From Psammoneis japonica (taxonomy: Eukaryota), in the NCBI GenBank assembly GCA_008632985.1, contig QPGO01000053.1:248001-312000 (forward strand): 64,000 nucleotides of DNA, given 5' to 3'. Of this stretch, positions 22,036 to 34,977 are shown piece by piece. The notes beneath the pieces were generated by a model. The model was not told where the DNA came from. It did no database searches and was given only the letters and a program-made list of their open reading frames with translations. How positions within the stretch are numbered: position 1 is the first letter of the stretch; each line of letters begins with the position of its first letter. The position numbers and the translations under genes are program-made.

Positions 22036-25000
22036 ATGAAAATGGTTTGTAAGGGAGTTCCTCTCTTTCTTACCTTTGTTCTTTGCGAGGCAACAGGTAT
22101 GCATCGTTAGGCTGAGAATGTTCCTGACGCCATCGAGTTATTGCGACGAGACATGAACGACTAACGGATTTACATCTATCCTGGATGTTTCTCAGATTAT
22201 AAGACTGAGTTGGGACTGAATGACCCGATCTCTTCACAAGTAAGCAACGTGCAGAAGCATTTCGGAATCACATTGGCCATTCTCTCTTCTTGATCCTCTT
22301 TGTGACTGACTCTCTCTCTGCCTTCAACTTGCTCTCAAAGGGTGTGTTAAACGCAGCAATCGACGACGCTGAAGTGAAGTCCCAGACAAGAGTTCTGGCC
22401 CCTGTAAGTTGTTTCAAATAATTCATGAATGATAGTTCGACCCATTGCAATATCTAACAACCACAGCGCAAATGCGTTTCAGCGGGGAGCGTGTTGTCAA
22501 GCTTATGCAAATCCACCGATTTGCAGAGTTATTCAAGAAGGCAATTGCGAGTATCGAGGCGGCTACTACGTTGGAGATGGAACAAGATGCCGAGCCAACA
22601 ACTGCCCAGAGGCGTTTGGGGGCTGGTGCGACCCCGATCCAGACGGACAGTGCTTCCTCACGAGGAAGCCATACTGTGACTCGAGGAACGGTGCGTCCGT
22701 GTGGAGAAATAAAAAAAAGGTACAATTCCGTTCCAGTATCAATCTCTTGCCTCACACGCATCTTCTTTTTCTCATTTTTGAATTGCAGGCAACTTTGCTG
22801 GTGTGAGTACCACTTGTGACGCTTGTGGCAATCCATCAACCCCTAGTCCAACTATCAACCCCAATGCCCGTGGGGCATGTTGCTTCGAAGATGAGGGTTC
22901 CTGTCGCATATACAGGAAGAGTGTTTGTGATGCTGAACGCGGTAGCTTTAAGGGAGAGGAAACCTTCTGTATCAAGAGGTTGTGCCCTGCCGCATTCGGC
23001 GCCTGCTGCTTGCCTGGTTCACCGTGTGCTGTGTTGAGGAGAAAGATCTGTGACGACAGAGGCGGTATTTTCATAGGCTCTAAAACCCAATGCGTAAGTG
23101 ATTCATTTGTCGACGAAGATATCTTTCAACGATCTCATCCATCATGTAATCGTACTCTTCTCACCCCGTTTGCGCTAGTTTTCTAATACGTGTGCCCGCG
23201 GTGCGTGTTGTCGTCTAGAGGCCGGAACCTGCAAGGTAGTCAAGCCAAAGTGGTGTACAGGCGACTTCAAAGGATTTGTACGTTGCAATTGTTATGCGGC
23301 ATCTTTCTTGATGCTAGTGTGACTTGGACTTTTTCATTTCAAATTCTGCCGTCTGTATCGATACAATTCCCACAGGGCACAACGTGTGATTCAGAGACCT
23401 GTCCGCTGCTAGGTGCTTGCTGCAGGACTGTGGACGGAAAGAAAAAGTGCACGAGAATCAAGAAAAAGTGGTGCGTCTTAAATGGAGGTGAGTACTGATA
23501 ATGTACAGGCAATGAATCTAGACTTTATGATCTGCGACATGAAGTGTGCTTACAATTTGCGTCTCCGTCTGTTGGACGATTTTTCAGGCGACTACAAGGG
23601 CTTTGGCACCACGTGCGAGCCTGGAATTTGCGACGAGGATACGCCGAGCCCCACGCCGAGTCCAACACCAGTTGCAACTGGAGCATGCTGCTTGAAGTTC
23701 AGGTAGGCCATATCCCATGATTGTAAATCGCCGTTTCTGTGACGCATTGTGCGCTAACTTGCACCGAACTTCATGCAATTTATGCACTTTCCATAAGAAA
23801 ACAATGCTTAGTTGTCACGGAGGAATCGTGCGAAACATTGAAGGGAATTTACAAGGGCGATGACAAGGTAAGAGTTGCATGCCAAGGCATAGTGAGGGTG
23901 CCTGAGTGCCCTTAATGCTAAACACCCGTCGTTCTTGCGCTTTGCTTTTTCAGACCTGCGTCCCCGGCCGCTGTACCGTAAGGGGTGCATGCTGCCTGTC
24001 TTCTGGGATCTGTCTCCTAAATCAGAAAAGAAACAGGTGCCGCAAACAGCTCGATGGCACATTCCAGGGCTTCGGAACAACTTGTGAAGATGACCCATGC
24101 CATTCGGGTCCGACTTCTACTCCCACCACTCTGTCTCCAACGCCATCTCCGACTCCGGACATTAAAGGAGCTTGTTGCCTACCGTTTGGCGATAGCAGAT
24201 GCGAATTACTTTCCACCACAAACTGTACTCTTGAGGGGGGAGCATACCGTGGAGATGATACGATATGCACACAGGCAGGTTGTCCGCTCCGAGGGGCCTG
24301 TTGCCTTGTCAACGGAAATTGTGTACGGACGCTTATGGAGAACTGCGGCGGGGATTTTCAAGGTCGCGGAAGCGAATGTGAAGACGAGAATGGTTTACCC
24401 ATCTGCTTGACGCCGTCTCCTACTCCCTCCCCGACTCCCGTCATTGAAGATGGAGCTTGCTGCCTACCGTTTGGAGATAGGAAATGCGAACGTCTCTCTG
24501 CAGAAAATTGTGCGTCAGAGGGGGGAGCATACCGAGGAGATGACACAACGTGTAACGAAGTGTTTTGTCCAAGGAAAGGAGCCTGCTGCTTTGACGACGG
24601 AACATGCGAAAGAAAGACGCTCGGGAACTGCCCTGATACAATTGGAGTCTTTCTGGGTCGCGGCACCGAATGTAGTGACGACAACGATCTACCAATTTGC
24701 CCGACACCCTCTCCAACTCCGAGCCCAACTGAGAAACCAAAGGGAGCTTGTTGCACCCCTCGAGGAGATTGCTTCGACGATGTTATAGAAGTGTTCTGCG
24801 ACAGTGTGAACGGCTTTATATTCTTTGGTGTTGGCACAAACTGCAGTGATCCTGACGTTCAGTGCCCCACCCCAGAGTCAACACACCCTCCGACTCCTGA
24901 AATCAAAGAGGGAGCATGTTGTTTGCCGTTCGGAAACAACACATGCGAGATTCTTTCCGAGGAGGATTGTACTTCAGAGGCGGGAACCTATCTTGGAGAT

Positions 25001-25899
25001 GATGAGCAGTGCGATGCTCAATGCCCAGATCAAGGAGCCTGTTGTCTTGACAATGGAGCTTGTGAAAAGACGACTTTGGAGAACTGCGACAATAGGGTCT
25101 TTCGGGGTCGCGGAAGCGAATGCATAGACGTAACCGGCAGGCCCGTTTGCCCAACGCCCACTCCAACGGAGTCTCCGACCCCGATCCCAACCGAGAAACC
25201 ACAGGGAGCTTGCTGTACGCCCCGAGGAGAATGCTTTGACGACGTTTTAGAAACGATCTGCGGTGGCGTGATTGGATTTACGTTCTTTGGAGATGGAACA
25301 AGCTGCAATGATCCAGATGTTCAGTGTCCCACCCCAGAGATAACAATCCCTCCACCTCCTGACATCGTAGAGAGAGCTTGTTGCTTGCCTTTCGGGGACA
25401 AAAAATGCGAAGTTCTCTCTGAGCTGCTCTGCGCTTCTGAAGGGGAGAATACAAAGAAGATGACACGACGTGTGCTACTGTAAGTTGTCCAAGGAACGGG
25501 GCCTGCTGTTTTAACGATGGAACTTGTGACCGTAAGACTTTGGGTAACTGCAGGGATGAAAATGGAGTCTTTCAGGGTCGCGGTACAAGTTGCAATGATC
25601 CGGGCTTTTCTTGTCCTATCACGACTCCAACACTCCCTCCTGGAGTGTTGGGCCGTTGCTGTCTTCCCAGCGGTGGATGTGCTGAAATAGATGCTTCATT
25701 CTGTGATGCTCACAATGGCGTATACCAAGGCGATGGTGAAACCTGTGGTGGTATGACAGATCGTTGCCGTGACACAGGAAGCTGCTGCGTGCGCGAAGAT
25801 CCGTATTGCCTTGTTGTTAACATTGCGACTTGCCAGGAGAACGGTGGTGTCTTTGGCAATGTCGCATGTTTATACCGCCATTGTTCTGGTGCGGGTTAG
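22036..25899 (+). CDS. Secreted multi-exon Cys-rich repeat protein (GACC-xn-C-xn-GGxYxGDxTxC repeats with TPSPT linkers)
   Basis: Signal-peptide exon MKMVCKGVPLFLTFVLCEAT; many GT-AG introns; roughly 20 GACC-type repeats. A 1-nt frameshift in a G run near 25445 separates the last repeats. Confidence 0.8.
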
Positions 25900-26581
25900 T
25901 AATCTCGACCTCCAAGATATGAGGACACTTTGATGGAGAATACGGACAGTCGGGACCAACAATGAAGTGTTATGCATGAGCAGGATATACAGCTCAATAC
26001 ATGTTTAGAGAATTCCATAATGATGTGGCTCGAGAAGACTGACGACGGAATAGCAGATCAAGTCAGCAGTCGACACACCGATACATTTTTAGTCTTCGAA
26101 GATGCGGTCGATGGGGTTGGATTCGATAACAAATAAGTTTCCATGTTTTGTGTACTGATTGGCGTACATTGATGGGATTAGCCATTGTGCCTTCTTGATG
26201 CTGTGTCCACATGCCTCCCGGACATAAACGTTTTAGGAAGTTCCCTTGTATCGATGGGGAGGCGTCGCTTATCATTTGTCGCAACTGTAAGGAAGAGGAT
26301 CACGAGGTTACCACAGTTGGTAGCGGGACGGCATTCTTCGTTTTCAATCTCGTAGTCTTTGATCCTCTCGACTCAAGGCAACTCTGGATGCCATCAATAC
26401 CCTCACTAACTTCGCCCCGGTTTGAAGAAGGCAGCAAACGTCAGTCTAAAAGCGTCCTCGCAAATTGAATTCTCTTGGGATGTGACATGGCCTGCGAATA
26501 GTTTCATTTGGAAGTGGTGTCTCTAGCTTACGAAGACAAGTACGTACAATTGTTAAGATCGTTCAATCACACAGAGAAGGT

Positions 26582-27088
26582 TCACGACAATTCCTCAATC
26601 AAAACTTTTCTCTTTTTGCTGGGAGAATTGGACTCTTTATTGCTTTCCAAGAGATTCGTGACTAGCTCTGTTCGACTTGTAGCATCCGCTTCTGGTTTCC
26701 TTTCATCGCTAGACGTTTCATTGTCGTTTTCACTTTCATCATTTGCTAGCATGGAAATGATAGGATTGTCTTTCATTGGTCCAAGAGCAACCTTTAGCTC
26801 AATTGTGGGCGTTTTTGTGTCACCGTCCTCATCAGCATCCGTATCTGACGAACTGCTACTACTAGAAATAGAATCATCACCGCTGTCACTACTGCTCTCT
26901 CTGTCGTCATCTTTGACTAGAGTTGCATCTAAGCATACGGATTCTGAAGGTTTTTCCTGAATTTCTTGGTTTGCGGCTTTTATTTCCGGCAAGAATGCTT
27001 CAACTCGTTTCAACAGATTGCTGCTGCTCGCGCCGACCCCAACAGTGGGGCTAGTACCCAACGACTTTGGTGGCGCAGGAAATTCCAT
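26582..27088 (-). CDS. NOPCHAP1/C12orf45 (DUF4598)-like protein
   Basis: LLKRVEAFLPEIKAANQEI...IELKVALG with acidic Ser-rich linkers resembles DUF4598. Confidence 0.6.
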   Translation of the reverse strand: MEFPAPPKSLGTSPTVGVGASSSNLLKRVEAFLPEIKAANQEIQEKPSESVCLDATLVKDDDRESSSDSGDDSISSSSSSSDTDADEDGDTKTPTIELKVALGPMKDNPIISMLANDESENDNETSSDERKPEADATSRTELVTNLLESNKESNSPSKKRKVLIEELS

Positions 27089-27408
27089 ATTATTTTTTAC
27101 TCTTGTGATAAATTACTCGTCGCCACAGAACTTTGGGGAGAATGCAATTTAAATCCAGTGCAATATAGGGACGATCTCGGTTCACAACAGTAATAACGAG
27201 GTATGATTTCCCATGAGCATGATGATGTGCGGCGGTCGTTTCTGCGTTGTGGTTGAGATTGATTCGCTCATGGCGCATGGCGGACCCCAGGGCGGATGGA
27301 CGGACCGACATCGGTAATGTGGTCTGGCCTGCTTCCGCTTGGATGGAGTTTTCGAGTTTCAAAAAATCTTCACCCTTCAAACTTCGCCGCCGCAACGCAT
27401 TCGTAACA

Positions 27409-28209
27409 ATGGGATTTATTTCTGATACTGTACACAAGGGCGGAACCTTTGCAGCATGCGTGGTGCTTCTTGGAAGTATGATTGAGCTCATTCAACCGCC
27501 AAGCATCGATTTGGAAGAAATGTCGGCCTTTTACCGTTGGGTCCCACTTCCCGATGCCATCGTCGGAGACATGTTGGAGGCGAGAGCGGTTGCCGTGGGA
27601 CTCTTTGAGTTGGTCACTGCAATTTCGGTATTGCTGCCGACGTTACTGGGAAAATCTCGCAAGTTGGGGTTGACAATCATGAGTGTCATGTTTTTGGGAG
27701 ACGTGATTGGTCACAATCAAGTGCAGGATCGGATGCTGCCTCTAGCCTTGGGACTATTTATCATGTCCTTTACGGCGTTGCTTCTCGAATTTGGCATAGC
27801 CATAGTCAACGCTACCAAGCGAGCAGGGACCATTGCCGCGTGTTTTGCAGTGTTTGCGGCTTATGTTGGGATTACTCAGCCACCGCATATGCTTGACTTG
27901 GAGGAACTTGGGCCGTTCTATTCATGGTACTTTCCCGACTCGATAACATCTGATGTAGAAACGAGAGCTAAAATGGTTGGCGTGTTGGAACTAGGAGCAG
28001 CTCTAATGGTGTTGGTCCCAACTGTTGCAAAAGGCTCACGAGTGCTTGGGTTATTCGTGCTGAGTTGCTTTTTCTTTTACTCCGTCCAAGGGCATCGAGT
28101 CGTCCAAGACCGATACCAACCGATTGCCGTATTTGCTTGCGCGGCTTCATCTCTAGCACTAGTCATGGAGCTCGCAGGTGTAACAGATACCAAGCGAAAG
28201 AGACAATAG
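27409..28209 (+). CDS. Multi-pass membrane protein with two tandem DoxX-like halves
   Basis: Internal duplication (KGGTFAAC/RAGTIAAC, DLEEM/DLEEL, VGLFEL/VGVLEL, GHNQVQDR/GHRVVQDR); ~8 hydrophobic segments. Confidence 0.7.
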   Translation: MGFISDTVHKGGTFAACVVLLGSMIELIQPPSIDLEEMSAFYRWVPLPDAIVGDMLEARAVAVGLFELVTAISVLLPTLLGKSRKLGLTIMSVMFLGDVIGHNQVQDRMLPLALGLFIMSFTALLLEFGIAIVNATKRAGTIAACFAVFAAYVGITQPPHMLDLEELGPFYSWYFPDSITSDVETRAKMVGVLELGAALMVLVPTVAKGSRVLGLFVLSCFFFYSVQGHRVVQDRYQPIAVFACAASSLALVMELAGVTDTKRKRQ

Positions 28210-28359
28210 ATTTCGTATAGGGAAGAACTGCTACGGTGCGTCGTAAAGTGTGCTTTCGTTGCCAACCGGGAAGACTTGCTAGTTGAAGTGAACATGTTGT
28301 ACATAGTTAATATTGTATTACATATACTTCCCCTCACTTCGTGAGAGTATCTGTTAGTT

Positions 28360-29658
28360 TTAACGACGAGTGCCTTGAGCTTTGCACTCTGTCTTGTGTC
28401 CGTTCTGCCAGTCAAACTTTTGGCAAGCCGGGGAACAGTACGCGACAGCCTTGCATCGACTGCAACACATGAGCTTTGTTTCGCAGTTTGCAGCCGGCAT
28501 GCGGCAATTGTTGCACTCGTCATGCTTCTTGCCCTGTGACGTGGTCTTCTTCACACCAAAGAATCCCTCCATTTGAAGCTTTGTCTTCTCCCTGTTTTCG
28601 GGAGTAATCATGTCGCAGTGGCGGGAGTGAATGTTGGAAAACTCGTCACTGTACTCCTTGCACGAAAAAGAACAATAGTGAAAGTAATAACACTTTTTGC
28701 AACGTAGCTTGTGGGGATTTTTCTTGGTCTCAATGTTTGCACACTCGAATGCACTACACTTGGGAAAGTATTCAAATCGCTGAGGAGCCCTTTCACCTAA
28801 TGTTCCCAATCCACGAAGGTGTGGAAATCCCGTGTCTCTGGCGTACATTCCTTGACAAGTGATCGAGTTACGAGCATTCCTCCACATCAAAGTTATTTTG
28901 TTGAGCTCATTGTCAATTCTAGATCGAGAGACACGACGAGACATAAATATCGTCCTTTTGAGATGAGCAAGTACTTCGTCCCATTCTCCAAAACTATTCC
29001 AGTGAGGGTCTACAATGTCTCTCATCGCAAGACGACGAAGGAGAGGAATAAAGACGTTTGGATCAATGCATCTGACCTTGCTCTCGCCCAATGTTTCCCA
29101 CATTTTCAGACAGCATCCGCCAAGAAACTCCTTTGAGCGGAAGTGAGTAGCTGTCTGGCAAACATCATCCATGCCGTGATGACACTCGGCGTCATAAGCG
29201 TCCGCCAATTCCTGCAAAAAGTCATAGACGCACTTCTTCACAATGACTGGCTTTGCACTTTCCCATGCATTCGACTTTAGAATCGGAATAATGACGTGAT
29301 GGGCAATAAAGCTAATCATGTTTTCAGATAAGCTTGCTCGGCTGCCGATACTCGATTGCATGTCGCCATCTTCATCTTCCGAATCTTCCGATTTGAAGGC
29401 TGCAATAATAAAATTAATCATCTTCGACACTATATACTTCATGAATAGCGACAAGTCTGTGGCAAGTTCTTCACCTTTGCTGGTATCGGTTGTTTTCAGG
29501 AATTTTTTAACATACAAAACGGGAGGAGCGTCTGTGTTGGCACCGCAATTCTCATGGTGATGCAACAAATCAATCCACGGCGTTCCATCGTCGTCGCACT
29601 CATTTTCCAATTCGTCTAGCCATGAAATGAACTCGGTTATCTCTCCACCACCTGACAT
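28360..29658 (-). CDS. MYND zinc-finger protein (two MYND-like fingers)
   Basis: CSAFEC..RCKKCYYFHYCSFSC and CNNC..CSRCKAVAYCSPACQKFDWQNGHKTEC. Confidence 0.85.
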   Translation of the reverse strand: MSGGGEITEFISWLDELENECDDDGTPWIDLLHHHENCGANTDAPPVLYVKKFLKTTDTSKGEELATDLSLFMKYIVSKMINFIIAAFKSEDSEDEDGDMQSSIGSRASLSENMISFIAHHVIIPILKSNAWESAKPVIVKKCVYDFLQELADAYDAECHHGMDDVCQTATHFRSKEFLGGCCLKMWETLGESKVRCIDPNVFIPLLRRLAMRDIVDPHWNSFGEWDEVLAHLKRTIFMSRRVSRSRIDNELNKITLMWRNARNSITCQGMYARDTGFPHLRGLGTLGERAPQRFEYFPKCSAFECANIETKKNPHKLRCKKCYYFHYCSFSCKEYSDEFSNIHSRHCDMITPENREKTKLQMEGFFGVKKTTSQGKKHDECNNCRMPAANCETKLMCCSRCKAVAYCSPACQKFDWQNGHKTECKAQGTRR

Positions 29659-29980
29659 ACTTGTATGATTCGTTGAGATTCAACTCCAGCAGCGCAACCA
29701 AAGCAGGGAACGGTCAGCGTCGTCATCTCGCCGCCGGCGGCCGCCGGAAGAACCGGCCAGATTTCGCGCAAATGAAAAGCGCGGGTGTTTCATTCGTGTT
29801 TCAATCTTGTTTCAGCCATCCGCCATCACATCATGCCAGACGTGCGTCAAACCATAAACGCACCGGTACTGTAGGTATGATGCCTTTCCTTTCGAACCCG
29901 CACACCTTCAAACGAAGGAGACCGCAACGCAAATCACTGTCTCACACATACCTTAAGCTGAGGCTGTAAACCGAGAAACC

Positions 29981-30988
29981 ATGGAAGTGATCCACCAAGA
30001 TCAGTATCGCATGAGGGTTCTCAAAGCGAGCAAAGGATTTAAGGAGTGGAATGATAGCGCGGGAGATCAGCATTACTTTGTGCCTACAAGTGATGATCAA
30101 GTTCGAGAGCTTCAAGGCTTTCTGAAGTCCCTACCAGATGGATCATACCTTCCTGTTCGTGGACGTGATTTCGTTTCTTTGCTGGGCAATGCTACAACCG
30201 AGTGGGACTATGGTGTTGCTGTCAAGAACGGAAATCGCTTGTTCTTTGTCTACCAGACGGGAGAAACCGAGAGCTTTCCAATCCACAATATCAATTTTCA
30301 AACTCTTGTTCATTTTGGTCTCGAAACTACCAATAACATTTTTGACACAGTCCGAGTAACGCCGTCACGAAATAATGATGTTTGTCCAGCCAATCGCGTG
30401 GTCATGATCAACCACGGATGGAGCAATGTTGTTGGCCCAGACTATCCACTCATCCGTGCCCTCGAAACCGTGGCTCTGCGAAAGGGATGGAAAACGATTG
30501 TACCCGACTTTAGGCCTTCCTACAAATTCAGTGAGCCCCGCGCCAGGAGTGAGCGAGTCCGTATCATTTACGAAGAATAACTGTGTTTGCCCAAGCAACC
30601 AACAACGGTCGTACTGGCAGGACACTCTCAGGGTGGGGCTTGTTCCGCCCTCGCCTGTACCGATCGCATTGTTTCGAATATGAATATTCAAGGCTTGATG
30701 ATGCTGGGATCAGAGAGTCCTTTGAGTCTAGATGGCATGGACTGGACTCCAAAGGTCGCGAACTGCATGCTGGTGCACTCCAGAAAAGACAATGTGATCA
30801 GCATATCCGAGATACGCAAAGTAGCGAAAACGTGGAAGCTACCGTTGCAGGAATTAGATTCCACAGTCAAAAGGGGGACGCGCGATTGTTGGGGTGCTGA
30901 CATTCACCACGATTTCCTTGCCAAGGATTTAATGATGAAGTGCCTTTCCTTGTTCGAGGAGTTCCTTGATCGGTGCAGTCAATCCTGA
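29981..30988 (+). pseudogene. Alpha/beta hydrolase with one in-frame TAA at 30578-30580 (pseudogene or sequence error)
   Basis: Two same-frame ORFs joined across the stop; motifs INHGW, VPDF, LAGHSQGG nucleophile elbow, VHSRKDNVI and HHDF. Confidence 0.75.
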
Positions 30989-31476
30989 TTGACTCTGTGG
31001 TGCATTAGAAACCATAAAAATAGACCTTTGCTTTCCTAATCTTTGTACCTTTTCCAAAAATTGCAGCAACAAGTCGTTGGTTGGGATGAAGGCGATTCAT
31101 CAAGAGTCCTCCCTGGAGCACAGACATAAAGCAGTATACAAGCATGTACCGGTAGCGTTTTCGGTGACAGCGTTTTTGCTCACGCCCTACACAGCTTCGT
31201 GCATGTACTAAAATATTAAGTCAGAAAAAGACTGTTTGAGAGTCAATGTCTTTTTTGCAGGAAACTCGAACAGATGAGCTAGTTTGCAGAGAAACTAAAT
31301 GCGCTGTCGCTTCTCTAGCTCTCTAGAGTGGGCCGTAACCCCATTGACAAATTAACCTCCGTCATAAAAAAGGGCATGTCAAAAGCAAGACAATGAATTA
31401 CAGTAAATTAGAATGGCCGAAGCAGCTTCCAGTTGTTTCTGCAGGTTATGGTGTTGGCTCTCCGCCTGAGTTCTAT

Positions 31477-31980
31477 TCAGAAGTCCTTTTCCCACCATAG
31501 CAGCAGCTCCTTGTTTCGACACTGATACCAGCTTCCCCAAATGCCAAACGCGATGACAAAGACGACTACAATCGCGGAAAATGCGTCGGTAGGTGGAGTT
31601 TTGACACCTCCAGTGTCAAATGTGTACCGAGACCAAATGAAAATGGACGGCCAATAAAGAGACAAAGCGAAGGCCATCCATGAACAAATAACCCCGTAAA
31701 ATTCGCCATGTAGCAAGCCGTATGCAGCCATCAAGTGAAGAGGAATGAGAATACACGTATCTGCGATTGCAATTGCCCGCTCGTACTGAATTACGGCATT
31801 CTCAGTGTCTTCCGCGTGTATCTGAAGTCCCCATGAGGCTACAAGTTCGTGTTGCCAAATGGAGAGCGTCTGACCAACAAGCCATGCTATGGCACTAATA
31901 ATGTGAAAGCCAATGATGATACGGAGGCCTCGGGAGAGTGGTTTGTTGGCTGCGTCCTTTGCACTTGTCATGGTAATCAT
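31477..31980 (-). CDS. Hypothetical 4-TM membrane protein
   Basis: 167-aa ORF with four hydrophobic segments. Confidence 0.7.
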   Translation of the reverse strand: MITMTSAKDAANKPLSRGLRIIIGFHIISAIAWLVGQTLSIWQHELVASWGLQIHAEDTENAVIQYERAIAIADTCILIPLHLMAAYGLLHGEFYGVICSWMAFALSLYWPSIFIWSRYTFDTGGVKTPPTDAFSAIVVVFVIAFGIWGSWYQCRNKELLLWWEKDF

Positions 31981-32213
31981 ATGTTTTGAGATGTGCCATC
32001 ATGATGGATGCGAACGCCGAACGCGCACATCATGTCTGTGGTCTGCGGGATGAGAACTCTTCGGTTCTGAGAGCTCGAACCTCGAAGAGATTCCCTCCCG
32101 TCCGTCGTCCACCATACCGTACAGTAGCTGTTTGGCTATCCATCAATGTACCTGGGCTACAATGTCATTAGCAATTCAGGCGCCCTACCATGATGAAGCA
32201 GTAGGGAAGCCCT

Positions 32214-33734
32214 TCAGCCCTGTCTTGGTAGAAACAGAATTGCAGAGTGAACAGGGCGTGAGAGTTCCGGAGTCGTCGTTTGCTCCTCCCCTTCTCCTTT
32301 AATTTCGGTTGTTGACAGGTCCACGACTTTATCCTTGATTACCATTCTTTTGCTGCTACCTCCATCAAGATTCATTGCACGTGTGCATCCCAAAGCAGAA
32401 AGAAGGTCGGCGGTCCCTCGTAATGTCAGTCCAAGTGCTTTATCAAGGTTGCGCCCGTCAACTGCGGTCAGTATCAGGTCGCCTTTTTCAGTCAGACCAG
32501 CACCCATTCGGGGCAACAGATTTCGATCAAAGGTCTCGTCCTGAGAGAAAGTTACGGGTGGAGCGGATCCACAAAAGTCTTCACTGACAAGATCAATATC
32601 ACCAGCACCACCGATGAGGATTGGACCCCCAGCCATGGCAGCCTGGAAGTTTTCTTGCAGTCGATATGATACGAGATCACCCTCTTGGATTTCATGAGCC
32701 GCGGGTGTCACCAAGACAAAGCCAGCAAGAGGGACAGCAATTGGTCGATCATTACCAGTTGATCTCAAAACTTGCACAACTCGGTTTCCCACGACAGAAA
32801 TTCCAACTTCATCTTTTTTCAGTGAGACTGCCTCGTCGCGTCCACGATGAATACATCGAACGCCGTTCGACCCAACAACAAAACACTGAGATTCAGCATC
32901 TCCGATCATCACTCTCACGCCATCCATGCCCAACTTTTCAATGGTAATATCGCCTGATTCTGACTGTAACAACGCGGCTCTCTTGAATACAGGCGGTCCG
33001 ACGACATGGCCGTCCGTCACCATGAGTCCTACCGGGTCCTTTCTTTTCGACGGAGGAGAAATGTCGGGCTCACTGTACAAGAAGAATCCTCCAGACACTG
33101 CTGCGGATGCACCATATTTCTCTGCAAGTATTGCTAGATCGGTTGATCCAGCGGTTCTCGCATCTACAGTTCTCATCGTTGTGGCCCCCTTTTTAATCTT
33201 GAGCACATTAATGTGAACAGGACCTCCACACGTATCGCCCTCAATCGTTCCATGAAGAAAGCCCGGGGCAAACTCATCATACACAAGGTCCTTGACTAGA
33301 TCCTGCAGTTTCGGCAAACTCGAATCATTTCTGCCCAGAACCAGTGCCTGACTCCAAATAAAATCCACAAGTGCTCGGATGCGGAGCGCACGGGGCGGTG
33401 GGTCAACCGAAAGAATCTGATGAGCTCGACGATACAAACCCAGCCTTAGCAGAGAAGACGTGGGAGTTGCTTGGGACACAAGGAGTTCGGAAACAGAAAC
33501 GAAGCGTCTGGCAAACATTTGTGCTTGATCGGCATCGACTTCGGTGGAAAGCGATTCTGAGATTGCAGTAGGAAGATCCTGTGCGGTTTCTTGCGGATCG
33601 AGCGACGCCGGCCCGGGAGCTCTGTCATGTCCAAAGGCCTGATGCACATTGAGTAGCTCTGGATCAAGTTGTAGGCGGGTTATTTCGGCCTCGGCCAGTG
33701 TCAGCCACGTCGTTTGAGAGTCGCCGTTCGCCAT
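32214..33734 (-). CDS. Phosphodiester glycosidase (NAGPA-like) family protein
   Basis: AAVSGGFF, PVGLMVTDG, AMAGGP, PRMGAG, AVDGR and AMNLDGGSS; likely start MANGDSQ at 33734. Confidence 0.8.
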   Translation of the reverse strand: MANGDSQTTWLTLAEAEITRLQLDPELLNVHQAFGHDRAPGPASLDPQETAQDLPTAISESLSTEVDADQAQMFARRFVSVSELLVSQATPTSSLLRLGLYRRAHQILSVDPPPRALRIRALVDFIWSQALVLGRNDSSLPKLQDLVKDLVYDEFAPGFLHGTIEGDTCGGPVHINVLKIKKGATTMRTVDARTAGSTDLAILAEKYGASAAVSGGFFLYSEPDISPPSKRKDPVGLMVTDGHVVGPPVFKRAALLQSESGDITIEKLGMDGVRVMIGDAESQCFVVGSNGVRCIHRGRDEAVSLKKDEVGISVVGNRVVQVLRSTGNDRPIAVPLAGFVLVTPAAHEIQEGDLVSYRLQENFQAAMAGGPILIGGAGDIDLVSEDFCGSAPPVTFSQDETFDRNLLPRMGAGLTEKGDLILTAVDGRNLDKALGLTLRGTADLLSALGCTRAMNLDGGSSKRMVIKDKVVDLSTTEIKGEGEEQTTTPELSRPVHSAILFLPRQG

Positions 33735-34130
33735 GGTGCTTCGAGTGTTGCAGAGCGAGAGTTTTTGGTTTTTGCCCCCAACGCCTGGCCGACGCCAGCG
33801 CGAGGTAACCACTGACGTCATTTCAGTTTTGAAGAAAACATGTTTTGACGAAAAACACACGAAATTCGATAGATCCATCATGTCGATCTTACTCCTGCTG
33901 CTCCATCTACTATTGGCGTTTATCTGACAGTTTAGGCTTGATGAAAGTACCGTAGTGCCCATTGAGAATAAAAAAGTGAACATTGAATATACTGTCCCTC
34001 GTGGGATGATCGTTGATGAAAATGAAAGATAAAACCAGCGAGCGATGGCGTATCGAGGAGAAAAGCGACGGGTCATGCAACCATTGGTGAGACAAGAAAG
34101 CGATGACAACGTTCCATTCTTGTTTGGCTT

Positions 34131-34977
34131 TTATAACTCGGGGGCTTCTCCAGCATCACCGCCAGCCATTTTCGCAATCTCGTTTTCAAGGAGCGACTCG
34201 ACTTGTGCATCGAACTCGTCTAAATATCCAAGTCCCAGCCTGGCGTCTGCTTTGAAGAGAATCTCGTAAATCGCAATCAGCTGTTGAAGGAAAAATGTTT
34301 GGTACAGATTGATATCATAAAACTGCTCCAAGGCAATGTGTCCGACGACAATTTGCAGAAAGCTGCAAAACAGATACAGACTAAGCGCCACGGTAGACGC
34401 TCGCATCTTGTTGCCAAAAAACTTTTCCACCAGTCTCCCAAAGCGACCAATGCATGCGTAGCGCCAAATGAGGTAGAGGGAAGCAAAGGTACCGGCGAAC
34501 GGATCGATTTCCATGTAGTAAACAACGAAAAAGATCAAGTAGAGGCCGGCAAGATTCAACGTAAAGTACTTGCTGATGCTGGCCGGAAGCACAATCAGTG
34601 GCGGTGTGTAATCAAGGAGAACCAATTCCGTAAGAAAGATAACCGGATTTGTTACCATGTGGATCATCTACAATAAAAATTAAGAAACGCGGAGTTTTCG
34701 GGTGAAACGAGTGACTCGAGTGTAAAGCTATCGGTTGAGAACACCAACTTACCTTGTTCAGAGACGATGTGTGGCGTACTCGGCTAAAGGCCAGTTCTTG
34801 TGCCATGTCGACTTCTGCATACAGCTGACGCACCCCGAGGGAATCGAGAAAATCGTTTGAGGCACCAACGCGCATCAACATGTACGGAACTACCGCCAGC
34901 GCGATACCAATCAGAACCGTGTAATGATACAATTCGTCGTGCGGTCCTTTGACCGGATCCTTCTTTGGTGGAGTCAT
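34131..34977 (-). CDS. Mpo1/DUF962-like membrane protein, 2 exons
   Basis: ELAFSRVRHTSSLNK|intron|MIHMVTNP...LQIVVGHIALE matches the Mpo1-like H..N..IH...Q..GH..E pattern. Intron ~34670-34752. Confidence 0.6.

Noticed and set aside
23900..25900. CRISPR-like spaced repeats
   Set aside because: The repeats are degenerate protein-coding modules within a eukaryotic ORF.
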